From positions 1 to 57,205 of the forward strand of contig JAJRTR010000165.1 of the NCBI GenBank assembly GCA_024278215.1: a DNA stretch of 57,205 nucleotides, in the 5' to 3' direction. Made by a program: the position numbers and the translations under genes. The notes under the pieces were generated by a model, which was not told the origin of the DNA, made no database searches, and saw nothing but the letters and a program-made list of their open reading frames with translations. Of the stretch, positions 28,599 to 38,760 are shown piece after piece. Position 1 is the first letter of the stretch. Every line of letters starts with the position of its first letter. This stretch comes from a bacterium (GTDB lineage Bacteria > UBP15 > UBA6099 > JAJRTR01).

Positions 28599-28654
28599 AC
28601 CCGCTTTTGCCGGTTGTCACTCACTCGGCACCGGGATATATCGCCCGATACTGC

Positions 28655-29434
28655 TCACGATGCCGGTCCCGTCGCCGGTATTATCACTTCCACCCGTGTA
28701 CCCTTACCTGCTTCGCTTTCAACAATGATTTTCCCATTAACTTTCTCTACTATTTTTTTCACAATCGGCATACCAAGCCCGGTGCCGGTTTTTGCATGTT
28801 TTTTCGCATTGTCGGCCCGTGTGAATTCGTCGAATATTCCCGAAACTGCCTCTTCCGGTATCCCGATCCCTTCATCTTCAACTGTGAAAACCACTTTCCC
28901 TCCGCTTGCTTTTTTCAAACCGGCATGAACGGTGGAACCTTCATAACTGTATTTCACAGCATTTTCCACCAGGTTGATAAAAACGTGTTCCAGAGCCCGT
29001 TCGGAAATCGCCGCCACGGCGGACGCGTCCGTTTCTGTTTGTATTTCGATGTTCTTTTCCGCTGCCGACGGCGACACTGTTTCGACACATTTTACAAGCA
29101 CTGCCACCGCTTCGCATGTGCCCCCGACAAAATCTTCGCCGCCGCCTGAATACAACTGGCCGAGTACGATCATTTCATTGATCGTATCGAGCATTTCATC
29201 GCCGCGCGCAAGCGCTTTCCCGAGCAGTCGCCGTACCACCTCCGGATCGTCCGTTATCCCCTCGACTATTCCTTTAATCACTGTCTGTAGCGAAACAAGC
29301 GGTGCGCGCAACTGGTGCGACATCAACATGAAATGTCCTGTCTGCTTCTCTTTTTCCGCATCCTTAACCCTTAACTGTTCTTCCAGCTCGGCGACTCTCT
29401 TTTTCAGCCCCTCATTTTCCGGCAAAGCATTCAT
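28655..29434 (-). CDS. Histidine kinase (HisKA plus HATPase) without a sensor domain
   Basis: SHQLRAPL H-box, NLVENAVKYS, VEDEGIGI, GTGLGMPIV. Confidence 0.9.
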   Translation of the reverse strand: MNALPENEGLKKRVAELEEQLRVKDAEKEKQTGHFMLMSHQLRAPLVSLQTVIKGIVEGITDDPEVVRRLLGKALARGDEMLDTINEMIVLGQLYSGGGEDFVGGTCEAVAVLVKCVETVSPSAAEKNIEIQTETDASAVAAISERALEHVFINLVENAVKYSYEGSTVHAGLKKASGGKVVFTVEDEGIGIPEEAVSGIFDEFTRADNAKKHAKTGTGLGMPIVKKIVEKVNGKIIVESEAGKGTRVEVIIPATGPAS

Positions 29435-29633
29435 AATTCACACATAATCCGACAATCCCGAAACGACGAAAATCTTAAGAAGCGATAAAAATAAAATTCC
29501 GGTCTACCGGGTTTCTGGTTGCAGTATACAAAACACTATATAATACGAACTGCAAATACGATTACCATACCTCATTATATGATCTAACGGTAATGTGTCA
29601 ATATTGCATACTTTTTGTGTTTCATTCACTACT

Positions 29634-29811
29634 GAGCCAATTGCAAAATTCTGATTCGGCGGCGGTCGGCTGCAATTGTCCATTGCTGCGTTGTCGACAG
29701 AAAATCATCCTCAACGTACTCGGCGAGTACGCCTGCGGGGATTTTGCACCTACGCCTTGCTTCTGAACAATTTCGTTCGACCTCGCTTCGAACATAATTT
29801 TGCAATTGGCC
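29634..29811 (+). mobile_element. MITE family A, copy 6
   Basis: Family A TIRs; direct repeat TACT on both sides. Confidence 0.9.
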
Positions 29812-29860
29812 TACTAAATTACTTTGTTGATTTACAATTTATATTATGTTATTTTATAGC

Positions 29861-29891
29861 TAACCCGCATGTTTCACCACAATGCGGACTG
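29861..29891. repeat. Palindrome family D (reverse orientation, variant)
   Basis: TAACCCGCATGTTTCACCACAATGCGGACTG. Confidence 0.6.
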
Positions 29892-29957
29892 CAACGGTGT
29901 AATGGTAACAAAGAGTGTGCAGACAGGGGTAAGTTGTTCTCCACGGACAATTGAGCG

Positions 29958-30947
29958 ATGCTGAGAAGACAGGCAGGCACGATAATTCTTCTTGTCGCCG
30001 CATTCATGGCGGCGGCGCTTGTGCGCAACCAGGTTACTGTGGTTACAAAGCAATGGAAGCAGGAAGAAAACAGGAAAGTCGACGGCACATTTCAGCCGAC
30101 CCGCGCTGCATCTCTGGGCATGTTCGAGTTCATCGCGGCAGGTATGAAACCGCTTGTGGCGGACTTCTACTGGATAAAAGCCACGACGCTAAACGCGGAC
30201 AAGATATTCGAGATGCAGAAAGAAATGGCAGTCAAGAGGGTTTCCACACTCACGATGCAGGAAGAAGTGAACAGGTCGCAGCAGGATGATCGTGATCTCT
30301 ACGATTTGCTTAGTATGGCATGCAGACTCGATCCGCATTTTGTATATGCTTATTATTACGGCTCACAGCTTCTCTCATGGGATGCACAATACACACTCGC
30401 GACCTCCCTGCTCGAGCGCGGCATGAGGAACAACCCGGATTCGGCCGTGCTCGCCTCGGCAATGTCGTTCATTCAGTATTATTTTCTCGACGACTGGGAA
30501 AAGGGAGCGGAATACGCGCAGTTGTCTTATGAGATTTCCGGCAAGTATGCCGCGACTCCAAAAACGGTGGCAAACCTGTATGCCGCGGGCCGTAACTATG
30601 ATCTCGCGCTGACGTTTCTTGCGGATATTCATGAAACAACCAGCGACCCCGACACCAGAGAGCAGATAGACGAACAGATAAGATACCTTCTTGTCGAAAA
30701 GCATATCGAAACCCTCCAGAACGGTGTCGATTCGTTCAGGAGCAAGTTCGGCAGACTGCCCGCCGACCTGGACGTGCTTGTAAGAGCGGGTATAATTTCA
30801 AAGATGCCGGAAGATCCGTTCGGTGGTAAATATGTGCTCAAAAAAAACGGCAAAGTAGAGAACGAACCACGCATGAGAATGGACCATTACGCGAAGATGC
30901 GCAAGTACCAGAACTCGAAACCCAGGGGCGGGAGGCAGCGCCTGTGA
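29958..30947 (+). CDS. PilG/XapA-like TPR-type accessory protein of a type IV pilus-associated ABC system
   Basis: N-terminal TM, LVADFYWIK, RLDPHFVYAY, C-terminal GRLPADL..LV..G.I...PEDPFGGKY; precedes the ABC ATPase and permease. Confidence 0.6.
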   Translation: MLRRQAGTIILLVAAFMAAALVRNQVTVVTKQWKQEENRKVDGTFQPTRAASLGMFEFIAAGMKPLVADFYWIKATTLNADKIFEMQKEMAVKRVSTLTMQEEVNRSQQDDRDLYDLLSMACRLDPHFVYAYYYGSQLLSWDAQYTLATSLLERGMRNNPDSAVLASAMSFIQYYFLDDWEKGAEYAQLSYEISGKYAATPKTVANLYAAGRNYDLALTFLADIHETTSDPDTREQIDEQIRYLLVEKHIETLQNGVDSFRSKFGRLPADLDVLVRAGIISKMPEDPFGGKYVLKKNGKVENEPRMRMDHYAKMRKYQNSKPRGGRQRL

Positions 30948-31687
30948 GCGTACTTGATATAAGGAATCTGAAAAAAGAGTATCGGACCGGCTGGCGCGGA
31001 AATATCGTCACAGTCGCCGTCGACGACCTCAGCCTTTCGATCGAGCCCGGCGAGATATACGGTTTTCTGGGGCCAAACGGTGCGGGAAAGACGACTACGC
31101 TGAAAATTATACTCGGGTTTCTGAAACCGACGGCGGGAGATGTGAAAGTATTCGGACACGACGCTATGGACTGGAAGGTACGCGAGCGTATCGGCTTCCT
31201 GCCCGAGAATCCCGCGATTTATCCTTACCTCACCGGCTATCAAGCTCTGTACATGATAGGCAAACTTTTCTCGATACCGCACCGTGATCTTACAAAAAGG
31301 ATAAACAGGATTGCCGGAGAACTGGGAATGGACCGCGAGTTGAAAACACCGGTCTCGAACCACTCGCGCGGCATGCGCCAGAGGGTGGGACTCGCGCAGG
31401 CGATGCTGAACGACCCCGACCTCGTGATACTGGACGAGCCCATGAGCGGTCTCGACCCGATAGGCCGGAAAATGTTTCGCGAATCAATAAATATGCTGCG
31501 TGAGGCGGGCAAAACAGTTTTTTTCAGTTCGCACATACTTGCCGACATCGAGATGATCTGCGACAGGATCGGGCTGCTGCACGGAGGTCGCATCGTGCTC
31601 GAGGCGCCGATGACGGAGATACTCGATCGAGAGGACGGCAAAGGTCTGGAGCAGATTTTTATGGAAAAGGTGGGAGAGCCGATTTGA
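30944..31687 (+). CDS. ABC transporter ATP-binding protein (PilH-like)
   Basis: GPNGAGKTT, SRGMRQR, ILDEPMSGLDP, FSSH. Confidence 0.93.
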   Translation: MSVLDIRNLKKEYRTGWRGNIVTVAVDDLSLSIEPGEIYGFLGPNGAGKTTTLKIILGFLKPTAGDVKVFGHDAMDWKVRERIGFLPENPAIYPYLTGYQALYMIGKLFSIPHRDLTKRINRIAGELGMDRELKTPVSNHSRGMRQRVGLAQAMLNDPDLVILDEPMSGLDPIGRKMFRESINMLREAGKTVFFSSHILADIEMICDRIGLLHGGRIVLEAPMTEILDREDGKGLEQIFMEKVGEPI

Positions 31688-32451
31688 GACTTCGTGTTTT
31701 ATGGATAGCGCTCAATACCGTGGTCCAGCTTATCAAGGACCGTGCGTTTACCGGCTTCTTTTTCGTCGGCATCGTGCTCATTCTCGGCGGGCGGGTTATT
31801 GCTGAAATGTCGGTCGTCGAACGATTGAAAATGTTTCTCGACACGGGGCTCGGCGTTATCTTCATGGTCGGCGTTTTTGTGACGCTCACGACCGGCTCGA
31901 ATATCATCAGCCGCGAAATCAGGGACAGGGAAGTTCTTGTCACGCTGTCGAAACCGATCCCGCGCTCGGCCTGGATGTTCGGAAAAACTTCCGGTTTTAT
32001 TCTAATGCTTCTGGTTTTCATTCTTGCGCTGACAACGTTCCTGTTTTTTTATGTCAGGTTGCAGACAGGCATCTGGGTGCCGCTTCTCTTTGTCGGGGGC
32101 GCGTTGATTTTCCTCGAGATGGCTATTCTATCAAGCTATACAATTCTTTTCTCGACTATTACTTCGCAGTATCTCGCGCTTTTCTTCGGACTCATGGTTC
32201 TGACAATCGGTCACATGGTCGACGATCTCAAAATATACTGGAACAGCGTAAGCGCGGCAGCCCAGTATATCACACGGGCGCTCTACTATATCATGCCCGA
32301 CTTTAAATCTTTCCTCGCCCCGCCGGTCGTGTTCAGCGAACACTCCGTTTCGCTCCAACACGTGTTTTTCCTCTTGTTATATGCAGCCGCTTATGTTGTG
32401 ATAACTGTGGCAATCGCAGTGCTGATAATGGACAGAAAAGAAATTTCGTAG
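31684..32451 (+). CDS. ABC-2 permease (PilI-like)
   Basis: About six TM helices, SREIRDR...LSKPIPR....GK. Confidence 0.85.
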   Translation: MRLRVLWIALNTVVQLIKDRAFTGFFFVGIVLILGGRVIAEMSVVERLKMFLDTGLGVIFMVGVFVTLTTGSNIISREIRDREVLVTLSKPIPRSAWMFGKTSGFILMLLVFILALTTFLFFYVRLQTGIWVPLLFVGGALIFLEMAILSSYTILFSTITSQYLALFFGLMVLTIGHMVDDLKIYWNSVSAAAQYITRALYYIMPDFKSFLAPPVVFSEHSVSLQHVFFLLLYAAAYVVITVAIAVLIMDRKEIS

Positions 32452-32487
32452 CAATATTTTCCACTCGCCGACCGAATAATCCACAGG

Positions 32488-32516
32488 TTGCCCGCATTGG
32501 TGAAATACACGGGCTA
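32488..32516. repeat. 29-bp palindrome family D; its end provides the TAG stop of the cupin gene
   Basis: TTGCCCGCAT-TGGTGAAAT-ACACGGGCTA. Confidence 0.7.
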
Positions 32517-32834
32517 CAGATATTCTTCCCTGACAGGCGCGAAGACTTCGACGGCGATGGCGTCTTCGATGACGCGGGCTCCGTGTTCGACGCCGCCGCG
32601 GATGCACCAGCTGTCGCCGGGACCGGCTTCGTGTTCCGTGCCGTCGATTATCAGCACCATTCTGCCGCTGACGAGGCAGCCTGTCTGCTCGTGTGGATGG
32701 CTGTGCAGCGGCAGTGTGTGTCCTTTCGCCAGCCTGAATTCCGTCATGAGTGTTTTCTCGCCGTGCGCTGTCGTCTTTCGCTCGATACCCTCGATCACTT
32801 CGATATATCCGCTGTCGTTTTTTTTGCAGAACAT
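32514..32834 (-). CDS. Cupin-domain protein
   Basis: LPLHSHPHEQTG, PGDSW.I...VEHG, EVFAPVREEY. Confidence 0.9.
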   Translation of the reverse strand: MFCKKNDSGYIEVIEGIERKTTAHGEKTLMTEFRLAKGHTLPLHSHPHEQTGCLVSGRMVLIIDGTEHEAGPGDSWCIRGGVEHGARVIEDAIAVEVFAPVREEYL

Positions 32835-33075
32835 CTATTTCTCCTTCTTTCGATTGATGATGATGTTTTTTCAGCTCATTACGTATTATGTGTGCTCATT
32901 CCTTTCGACAAAAGCGATGATGGATATGAACATGCTCTCCGGGTCCGCCCGTTCAGGCATACGCCCGGCCGCATGGTTTTACTTGATGCTGAATTGTATA
33001 ATGAATATGATTAAAATGCAGGTTTTCAAACAATTGTAATGAAGAATATTCGCTGCACATAAAGGAGACGCGTAT

Positions 33076-35571
33076 ATGAAAGCTGTGATAATGGCGGGCG
33101 GAGAAGGAACCAGGCTCAGGCCACTGACCCTGAACACTCCGAAACCGCTTGTGCCGGTTTGCAACAAGCCGATCATGGAACACATTGTCGAGCGGCTCGC
33201 CGCCTGCGGAATAAACGAGCATATAGCAACGCTGTATTACCTTGCGGATGAGATACAGGCATATTTCGGAGACGGCTCGAATTTCGGCGTGCAGATGGAC
33301 TACTCGATCGAGGAATCACCGCTGGGCACAGCGGGCGCGGTACGGGTTCTCGCGGACAGGCTCGACGACACGTTCGTTATCATGAGCGGCGACGCGATGA
33401 CGGATTTCGATATTACGGAGGCTGTGAAATTCCACAAAAAAGCAGGCTCGCTGGCGACTATCGTTCTCTACAGGGTGGAGACTCCGCTCGAGTACGGTGT
33501 GGTGATCACGGACGACGACGGAAGAATAATGCGTTTCCTCGAGAAGCCCGGCTGGGGCGAGGTTTTCAGCGACACGGTCAATACGGGCCTTTATATCCTC
33601 GAGCCGGAAATTTTCAAGTACATGGAAGAAGAAAAGAAATATGACTGGAGCAACGATATATTTCCGGTTCTTCTGGAGGAAGAACGACCGATGTACGGCT
33701 GTGTGCTCGGCGGCTACTGGTGCGACATAGGCAACCTGAAACAGTATCGGGAAGTGCATAAGGATGCTATGTCGGGGAAGATAAAACTGAATCGCAGCGG
33801 AAAGAAAATGAAGGGTAATATATGGATTGGTGAAGGAACTGAAATTGCTGCGGACTCGCATATCGCGGGTCCGGCGATCATCGGGTCCAACTGCCACATC
33901 AAAAGCGGCGCGGTTGTGAACCAGTACTCGATCATCGGCGACAACTGCATACTTGACACTAAATCGCAGGTGACACAGACAATTATCTGGAACAACAATT
34001 ACATCGGAAAAAAAGCGAATGTATCGAACACGGTCCTTTGCAGGAGTGCGATCATCGGCGAAGACGCGAATATAAAAGACGGCGCGATCATCGGCGACAA
34101 GTGCAATATCGGTTCCGGCGCTACTGTCCAGCAGCAGATAAAAATCTGGCCGAACAAAATCATATCGTCCGGTGCGACGATCAATCACAGCATCGTGTGG
34201 GGCGAAAACTGGCCGGGAACTCTCTTCAGCGCGCTCGGGGTCAAGGGTCTCGCGAATGTCGAGATCACGCCCGAATATGCCGCGGAACTCGGCGCCGCCT
34301 TCGGCGCGACGCTTCCGCAGGGCAGCCATATCATCGTAAGCCGCAGCCCGCACAAAGTCGCAAGGGTGATAAAACGCGCTTTGCTCTCCGGCCTCATGTC
34401 TGTCGGTGTCCACATGCTGGACGCGCGTATCACGCCTATCCCGCTTACTCGCTATCTCATCCACGAGTCCGACGCGCTCGGCGGTATTCACGTTCGCATC
34501 TCGCCCTATGAACATGAAAAGATACTGATAGAGTTTTTCGACGAAAACGGTGTGAACATAAACACCGCACGCGAAAGGAAGATCGAGAGCACCTTCTCGC
34601 GGCAGGATTTCAGACGCGCCGATATCGCGAATGTCGGCACCATCAGCCTCGAAGGCAGCGGTCTGGATGCGTACATCGAGAACTTCCTCGACTACATCGA
34701 CATCGAAAGGATAACGGGCAGAAGATTCAAAATCGTTGTAGATTACTCGCACGGAAGCCTGTCGACTATTCTGCCCCCGATACTGGGCAGGTTGAAAATC
34801 GAGGCGCCTTCTCTGAATGCCTACAGCGATCCGAGCATCAATCCGCGCGCTTCCGCTATGGACCCCGCCGGGCTCGATGAACTCGGCAAAATCGTCAAAG
34901 CCCTCGAAGCGGACGCGGGCTTCATCGTCGACGGCGAAGCCGAAAAGATTTCCATCGTCGACGGCAGCGGCAGGCCCGTGACGGGCAACAGGTTGCTTGC
35001 CATGATGATCGAACTTGTCGCTAAAGTGCACGACAACCCTGTTGTCGCCACCCAGATCAGGGCGCCCTATATCGTCGAAAATCTTGTGAATAAGTACAAA
35101 GGAAAACTCGTCTATACTGTGTCCAACTCACGCGGACTCATGACGAATGTTACATATAAAACCAAACCGCATTTCGCAGGCGACACGAAAGGCGGATTCA
35201 TTTTTCCGGACTTCCAGATCGCTTTCGACGCTATGGTTTCCATCATGAAAGTGCTCGAACTCAAAGCCGCGCACGATCTGTCGATTTCCGAACTCAACTC
35301 GCGCATTCCCGAAATATTCATCGAATCCGATACTACGACATGCACATGGGAAACGAAGGGGAAACTTATGCGCGTGCTGATGGACAAGTTCAAGAACAAA
35401 AAGGCAGACCTCACGGACGGTATCAGGCTGAATCTCGACAAAGAATCATGGGTGCTCGTGCGGCCCGACCCGAGCGATCCGAAAGTCCACATTATCGCTG
35501 AAGGGGGCAGCCGCGAGCAGGCGGTGCAGCTTGTGAAGGAATACAAGGAGATAGTCGAGTCGATCGAATGA
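33076..35571 (+). CDS. Mannose-1-phosphate guanylyltransferase with hexapeptide repeats, fused to a phosphomannomutase-like domain
   Basis: MAGGEGTRLRPLT, PLGTAG, FLEKP, YWCDIG, LbH repeats, PGM/PMM-like C-terminal half. Confidence 0.9.
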   Translation: MKAVIMAGGEGTRLRPLTLNTPKPLVPVCNKPIMEHIVERLAACGINEHIATLYYLADEIQAYFGDGSNFGVQMDYSIEESPLGTAGAVRVLADRLDDTFVIMSGDAMTDFDITEAVKFHKKAGSLATIVLYRVETPLEYGVVITDDDGRIMRFLEKPGWGEVFSDTVNTGLYILEPEIFKYMEEEKKYDWSNDIFPVLLEEERPMYGCVLGGYWCDIGNLKQYREVHKDAMSGKIKLNRSGKKMKGNIWIGEGTEIAADSHIAGPAIIGSNCHIKSGAVVNQYSIIGDNCILDTKSQVTQTIIWNNNYIGKKANVSNTVLCRSAIIGEDANIKDGAIIGDKCNIGSGATVQQQIKIWPNKIISSGATINHSIVWGENWPGTLFSALGVKGLANVEITPEYAAELGAAFGATLPQGSHIIVSRSPHKVARVIKRALLSGLMSVGVHMLDARITPIPLTRYLIHESDALGGIHVRISPYEHEKILIEFFDENGVNINTARERKIESTFSRQDFRRADIANVGTISLEGSGLDAYIENFLDYIDIERITGRRFKIVVDYSHGSLSTILPPILGRLKIEAPSLNAYSDPSINPRASAMDPAGLDELGKIVKALEADAGFIVDGEAEKISIVDGSGRPVTGNRLLAMMIELVAKVHDNPVVATQIRAPYIVENLVNKYKGKLVYTVSNSRGLMTNVTYKTKPHFAGDTKGGFIFPDFQIAFDAMVSIMKVLELKAAHDLSISELNSRIPEIFIESDTTTCTWETKGKLMRVLMDKFKNKKADLTDGIRLNLDKESWVLVRPDPSDPKVHIIAEGGSREQAVQLVKEYKEIVESIE

Positions 35572-35690
35572 TGCCGGAGGGTGTTCGAAAATCTCTTTTC
35601 CCGCGACAACATCTTGTCGCATCAAGGCGGGATAAGGCCCTGCAATGAATTGCTCCGGATGAATTACGAGGAATACTTTCCGGTTAAACT

Positions 35691-36602
35691 ATGGAAAACA
35701 ACACGAAAAAACAGGTATTCACGCCGGAAGTGATGGAGAAGATAGCGCGTCTGGAAGTGCGCGCGCGTATGGTCGTGGAAGGTCTTCTCGATGGTTTCCA
35801 CAGGAGCCCTGCGCGCGGCTTCAACGTCGAATTTCTCGAGCACAGGCAGTATTATCCCGGCGACGACATCAGGCATATCGACTGGAAAGTCTACGCGCGC
35901 AGCGGTCGCCACGTGATAAAACAATACGAAGTGGAAACGAATCTTCAGGCGCGTCTGCTGCTCGATTCGAGCGCTTCCATGGACTATGGCGCGGGCACAG
36001 GCAGCGGCAGCAAACTCGAATATTGCGGTGTGCTGTCCGCGGCGCTGGCATACCTTATGCTGAAACAGGGAGACGCTGTAGGACTGACAATAGCGGACGG
36101 CGGTGCCGGGAAACATGTCGAGCCTGTGGCGGCTCGCGGGCATCTCTACAGGATACTCGGCGCAATCGAAACAACGGACGCGGGCGGTGCGGCGGGCATA
36201 GCCGAGCAATTGCGCCGCCTCGGCGAAACCCTCAAGCGAAGGTGTATCCTGCTGGTTTTCTCGGACCTGCTCGAGGAACCGGAGCCGATCATGGAACAAC
36301 TGAAATGGATTCGCGGGCGCGGAAACGAGATTGCGCTGTTTCACGTGCTGCACGAAGATGAAGCAGGGTTTCCATTTACACGCGCGGCGCGTTTTGTCGA
36401 TCCGGAAAGCGCACTGAAAATGATTGCCGATCCGACGGCTGTAAAAAGCGCCTATATGAAGAACCTCCATGACTTCATTGATTCGTATGGCGAGTTCTGC
36501 ACGCGAGTGGACATAGATTTTGTTTCGACCGTCACGTCGACATCGCCAGAAGAAACGATATTGCGGTACTTGAAAAAGAGAGACCGCAGAAAACGGAAAT
36601 GA
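35691..36602 (+). CDS. DUF58 (MoxR-associated vWA-like) protein
   Basis: G.HRSP.RG..VEF.EHRQY.PGDDIRHIDWKVYAR, LLDSSASM, FSDL. Confidence 0.92.
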   Translation: MENNTKKQVFTPEVMEKIARLEVRARMVVEGLLDGFHRSPARGFNVEFLEHRQYYPGDDIRHIDWKVYARSGRHVIKQYEVETNLQARLLLDSSASMDYGAGTGSGSKLEYCGVLSAALAYLMLKQGDAVGLTIADGGAGKHVEPVAARGHLYRILGAIETTDAGGAAGIAEQLRRLGETLKRRCILLVFSDLLEEPEPIMEQLKWIRGRGNEIALFHVLHEDEAGFPFTRAARFVDPESALKMIADPTAVKSAYMKNLHDFIDSYGEFCTRVDIDFVSTVTSTSPEETILRYLKKRDRRKRK

Positions 36603-36617
36603 CCGGCAATTACTGAT

Positions 36618-38753
36618 ATGAATTTCCTGCAACCGATAATGTTGTACGGTGTGGCGCTGGTGGCGGTGCCGCTGATATTGCATCTGCTGTCGCGGCGGCG
36701 CGTGCGTGAAGTGGTGTTCCCGGCGATGATGTTTCTGCTCGGGACGCGGCGGCGCAGCATGCGTATGCTGACTCTCAAGCAATGGCTTGTGCTGCTGTGC
36801 CGGATGGCGGCGGTCGGCTGCATCGCGGCGGTTGCGGCGTTGCCGGTTCTGAGACATTTCGACATCGGCATCGCAGGCACACGAACGCCGGTTGCTGTGC
36901 ATATCCTTATCGATAACACGCCGAGTATGGGATGGCGCAAGGCCGGTGTGTCTTTTCTGGACAGGGCGCGTGCGGCGGCGGAGAAGATCGTGGGCGCGGC
37001 TGCCGATGACGATTATATCACTGTCGAACCGGTGTGCGGCACAGAGATATCGGCTTCGGGGTCGGCGGGCAGGGCTGATCTGCTGCGCCGCCTCAGCTCT
37101 ATAAGTATCGAATCGTGCGATGCTGACATATCGCACGAAATGAAGCTCGCAACGGCGCGGTTGAACAAGGAAAACGTGGGCCGCAGGAACCTTGTCGTGC
37201 TCTCCGATTTTCAGAAACATTCTTTCAGGTCGGAAATGCCGGTGCCGGATGCGGGCGACGGTATAGTCGTTTCGGCTGTTGATTTCGCAGGTGGAACACA
37301 AAGAAAAAATGTGCGTATTAAAAAGGTGGATACGCCGCTGTACCCGCTGAAGGGCGAAGACATTCCTATATGTTATGAACTCACTGCCGACGGCAGTTAC
37401 GATTCCGATATTGTCGTGTCGCTGTTTATAGAAGGCACCAAGAGGGGAGAGCATGAAACTTCACTCGACGCCTCCGGCAATGCGGCCGACTGCTTCACGA
37501 TGACATTCGGCGAACTCGGGTCGGTATGGGGAAAGGTCGTTATAAGCGGCGACGAAATGCCTGAAGACAACAGCCGCTATTTCATCATCGACGTGAACAA
37601 AGAAATAAACGTGCTGGTGCTTGCGCCCGGTGAAGATGTAAGGGACGCGGGGGCGGGCGCTTTTTATGTGGTGCGTGCCCTGAGGGCCGCTTCGGGCGCG
37701 GGACCCGGCGAGAGCTCGATCCTCATCAATACAGTATCTCCCGGCAGACTTGATAAAACATCATTCGACGGTGTCGGTGCTGTGATGGTGCCCGCCGTAA
37801 CTGAACTTACGGAAAATGACGTGTTGCTGCTCGGCAACTATATCGCGTCCGGTGGCGGCGTTTTTGTAAATACCGAGGGTGCGGGAACGGGCGTGGAACT
37901 TGTAGCAAAGGCGTTTTTCGCGGACGGCATCGATGTGTCGACCGCGAGGGGCGCACCGGGGGGTGATAGCAATACGGAAAGCGCCGCTTCAGACTTTTTC
38001 ACAATCGGCGGCATGTCGCCCGGACATCCTCTTTTTACTTTGCGCGCGGGGAAGCTGCTCATCGAAAAGACGGACGACATAAGATTCAACGCGCCCGCCG
38101 CAATAGAGGTCACAAGCCCGGAAACGCATGTGGTTGCCACATTTTCAAATGGCGCTCCCTTTATAATCGAGCGAAAGATCGGAAAGGGAAGAGCTGTCCT
38201 GGCGGCTTCTTCTTTCAGACCGACAAGCACGAGTTTTCCCCTGGCTCCCTCCTTTGTGCCGTTCACTCTCCAACTGGCGAGATATTTATCAAACGGTTTC
38301 ACAGATGAGGCGGACAGTTTCGTTGCAGGCAGCCAGATCTCGATAAGCATCGGCGGCGCAGGCTCGGACGGGCGGCTGACTTTGAAAAATATTGAAACAG
38401 GCGAAGAGACGGGAATGAAAATGTTGAGTGCGGGACCGCCCGCCGAATACGTTGTCGACGGCGAGCCCGCGCCCGGCGCGTATTCGATAAGCAACGGCTC
38501 CGGCGAAAAACTTGATTATATTACCGTAAACAATGATCCCGGCGAAGGCGACCTGACGCCGCTGGCCGCGGCCGCATGGTCGAATATTCTCGATAATAAA
38601 ACGACCGCACGACTGGACGCTTCGAGATTTACGGACTTTGAAAGATTGCAGGCGCGGTTATACAAAGGCAGGTCCGCCGCGGCATGGTTCCCATTCCTGT
38701 TCCTGGGAATAATTTTTCTGATGGCCGAGAACGCGCTTGCAAACAGGGGATAA
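36618..38753 (+). CDS. BatA N-terminal and vWA-domain membrane protein
   Basis: MNFLQP...PLILHLL, LIDNTPSM, LSDFQ, DNSRY, C-terminal TM. Confidence 0.85.
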   Translation: MNFLQPIMLYGVALVAVPLILHLLSRRRVREVVFPAMMFLLGTRRRSMRMLTLKQWLVLLCRMAAVGCIAAVAALPVLRHFDIGIAGTRTPVAVHILIDNTPSMGWRKAGVSFLDRARAAAEKIVGAAADDDYITVEPVCGTEISASGSAGRADLLRRLSSISIESCDADISHEMKLATARLNKENVGRRNLVVLSDFQKHSFRSEMPVPDAGDGIVVSAVDFAGGTQRKNVRIKKVDTPLYPLKGEDIPICYELTADGSYDSDIVVSLFIEGTKRGEHETSLDASGNAADCFTMTFGELGSVWGKVVISGDEMPEDNSRYFIIDVNKEINVLVLAPGEDVRDAGAGAFYVVRALRAASGAGPGESSILINTVSPGRLDKTSFDGVGAVMVPAVTELTENDVLLLGNYIASGGGVFVNTEGAGTGVELVAKAFFADGIDVSTARGAPGGDSNTESAASDFFTIGGMSPGHPLFTLRAGKLLIEKTDDIRFNAPAAIEVTSPETHVVATFSNGAPFIIERKIGKGRAVLAASSFRPTSTSFPLAPSFVPFTLQLARYLSNGFTDEADSFVAGSQISISIGGAGSDGRLTLKNIETGEETGMKMLSAGPPAEYVVDGEPAPGAYSISNGSGEKLDYITVNNDPGEGDLTPLAAAAWSNILDNKTTARLDASRFTDFERLQARLYKGRSAAAWFPFLFLGIIFLMAENALANRG

Positions 38754-38760
38754 TTATTGC

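Noticed and set aside
28420-29811. Composite transposon carrying the histidine kinase between two MITE A copies
   Set aside because: Each copy has its own distinct duplication (ACCC and TACT), and the outer flanks do not match each other, so these are independent insertions.
35576-35640. Third copy of family B (GGAGGGTGTTCGAAAA)
   Set aside because: The similarity is too short, and there is no matching internal sequence or second end.
33316-37454. Long minus-strand ORFs (571 and 596 aa); similarly 26611-27957 and 16477-17457
   Set aside because: They are antisense shadows of well-supported plus-strand genes and show no recognisable motifs.
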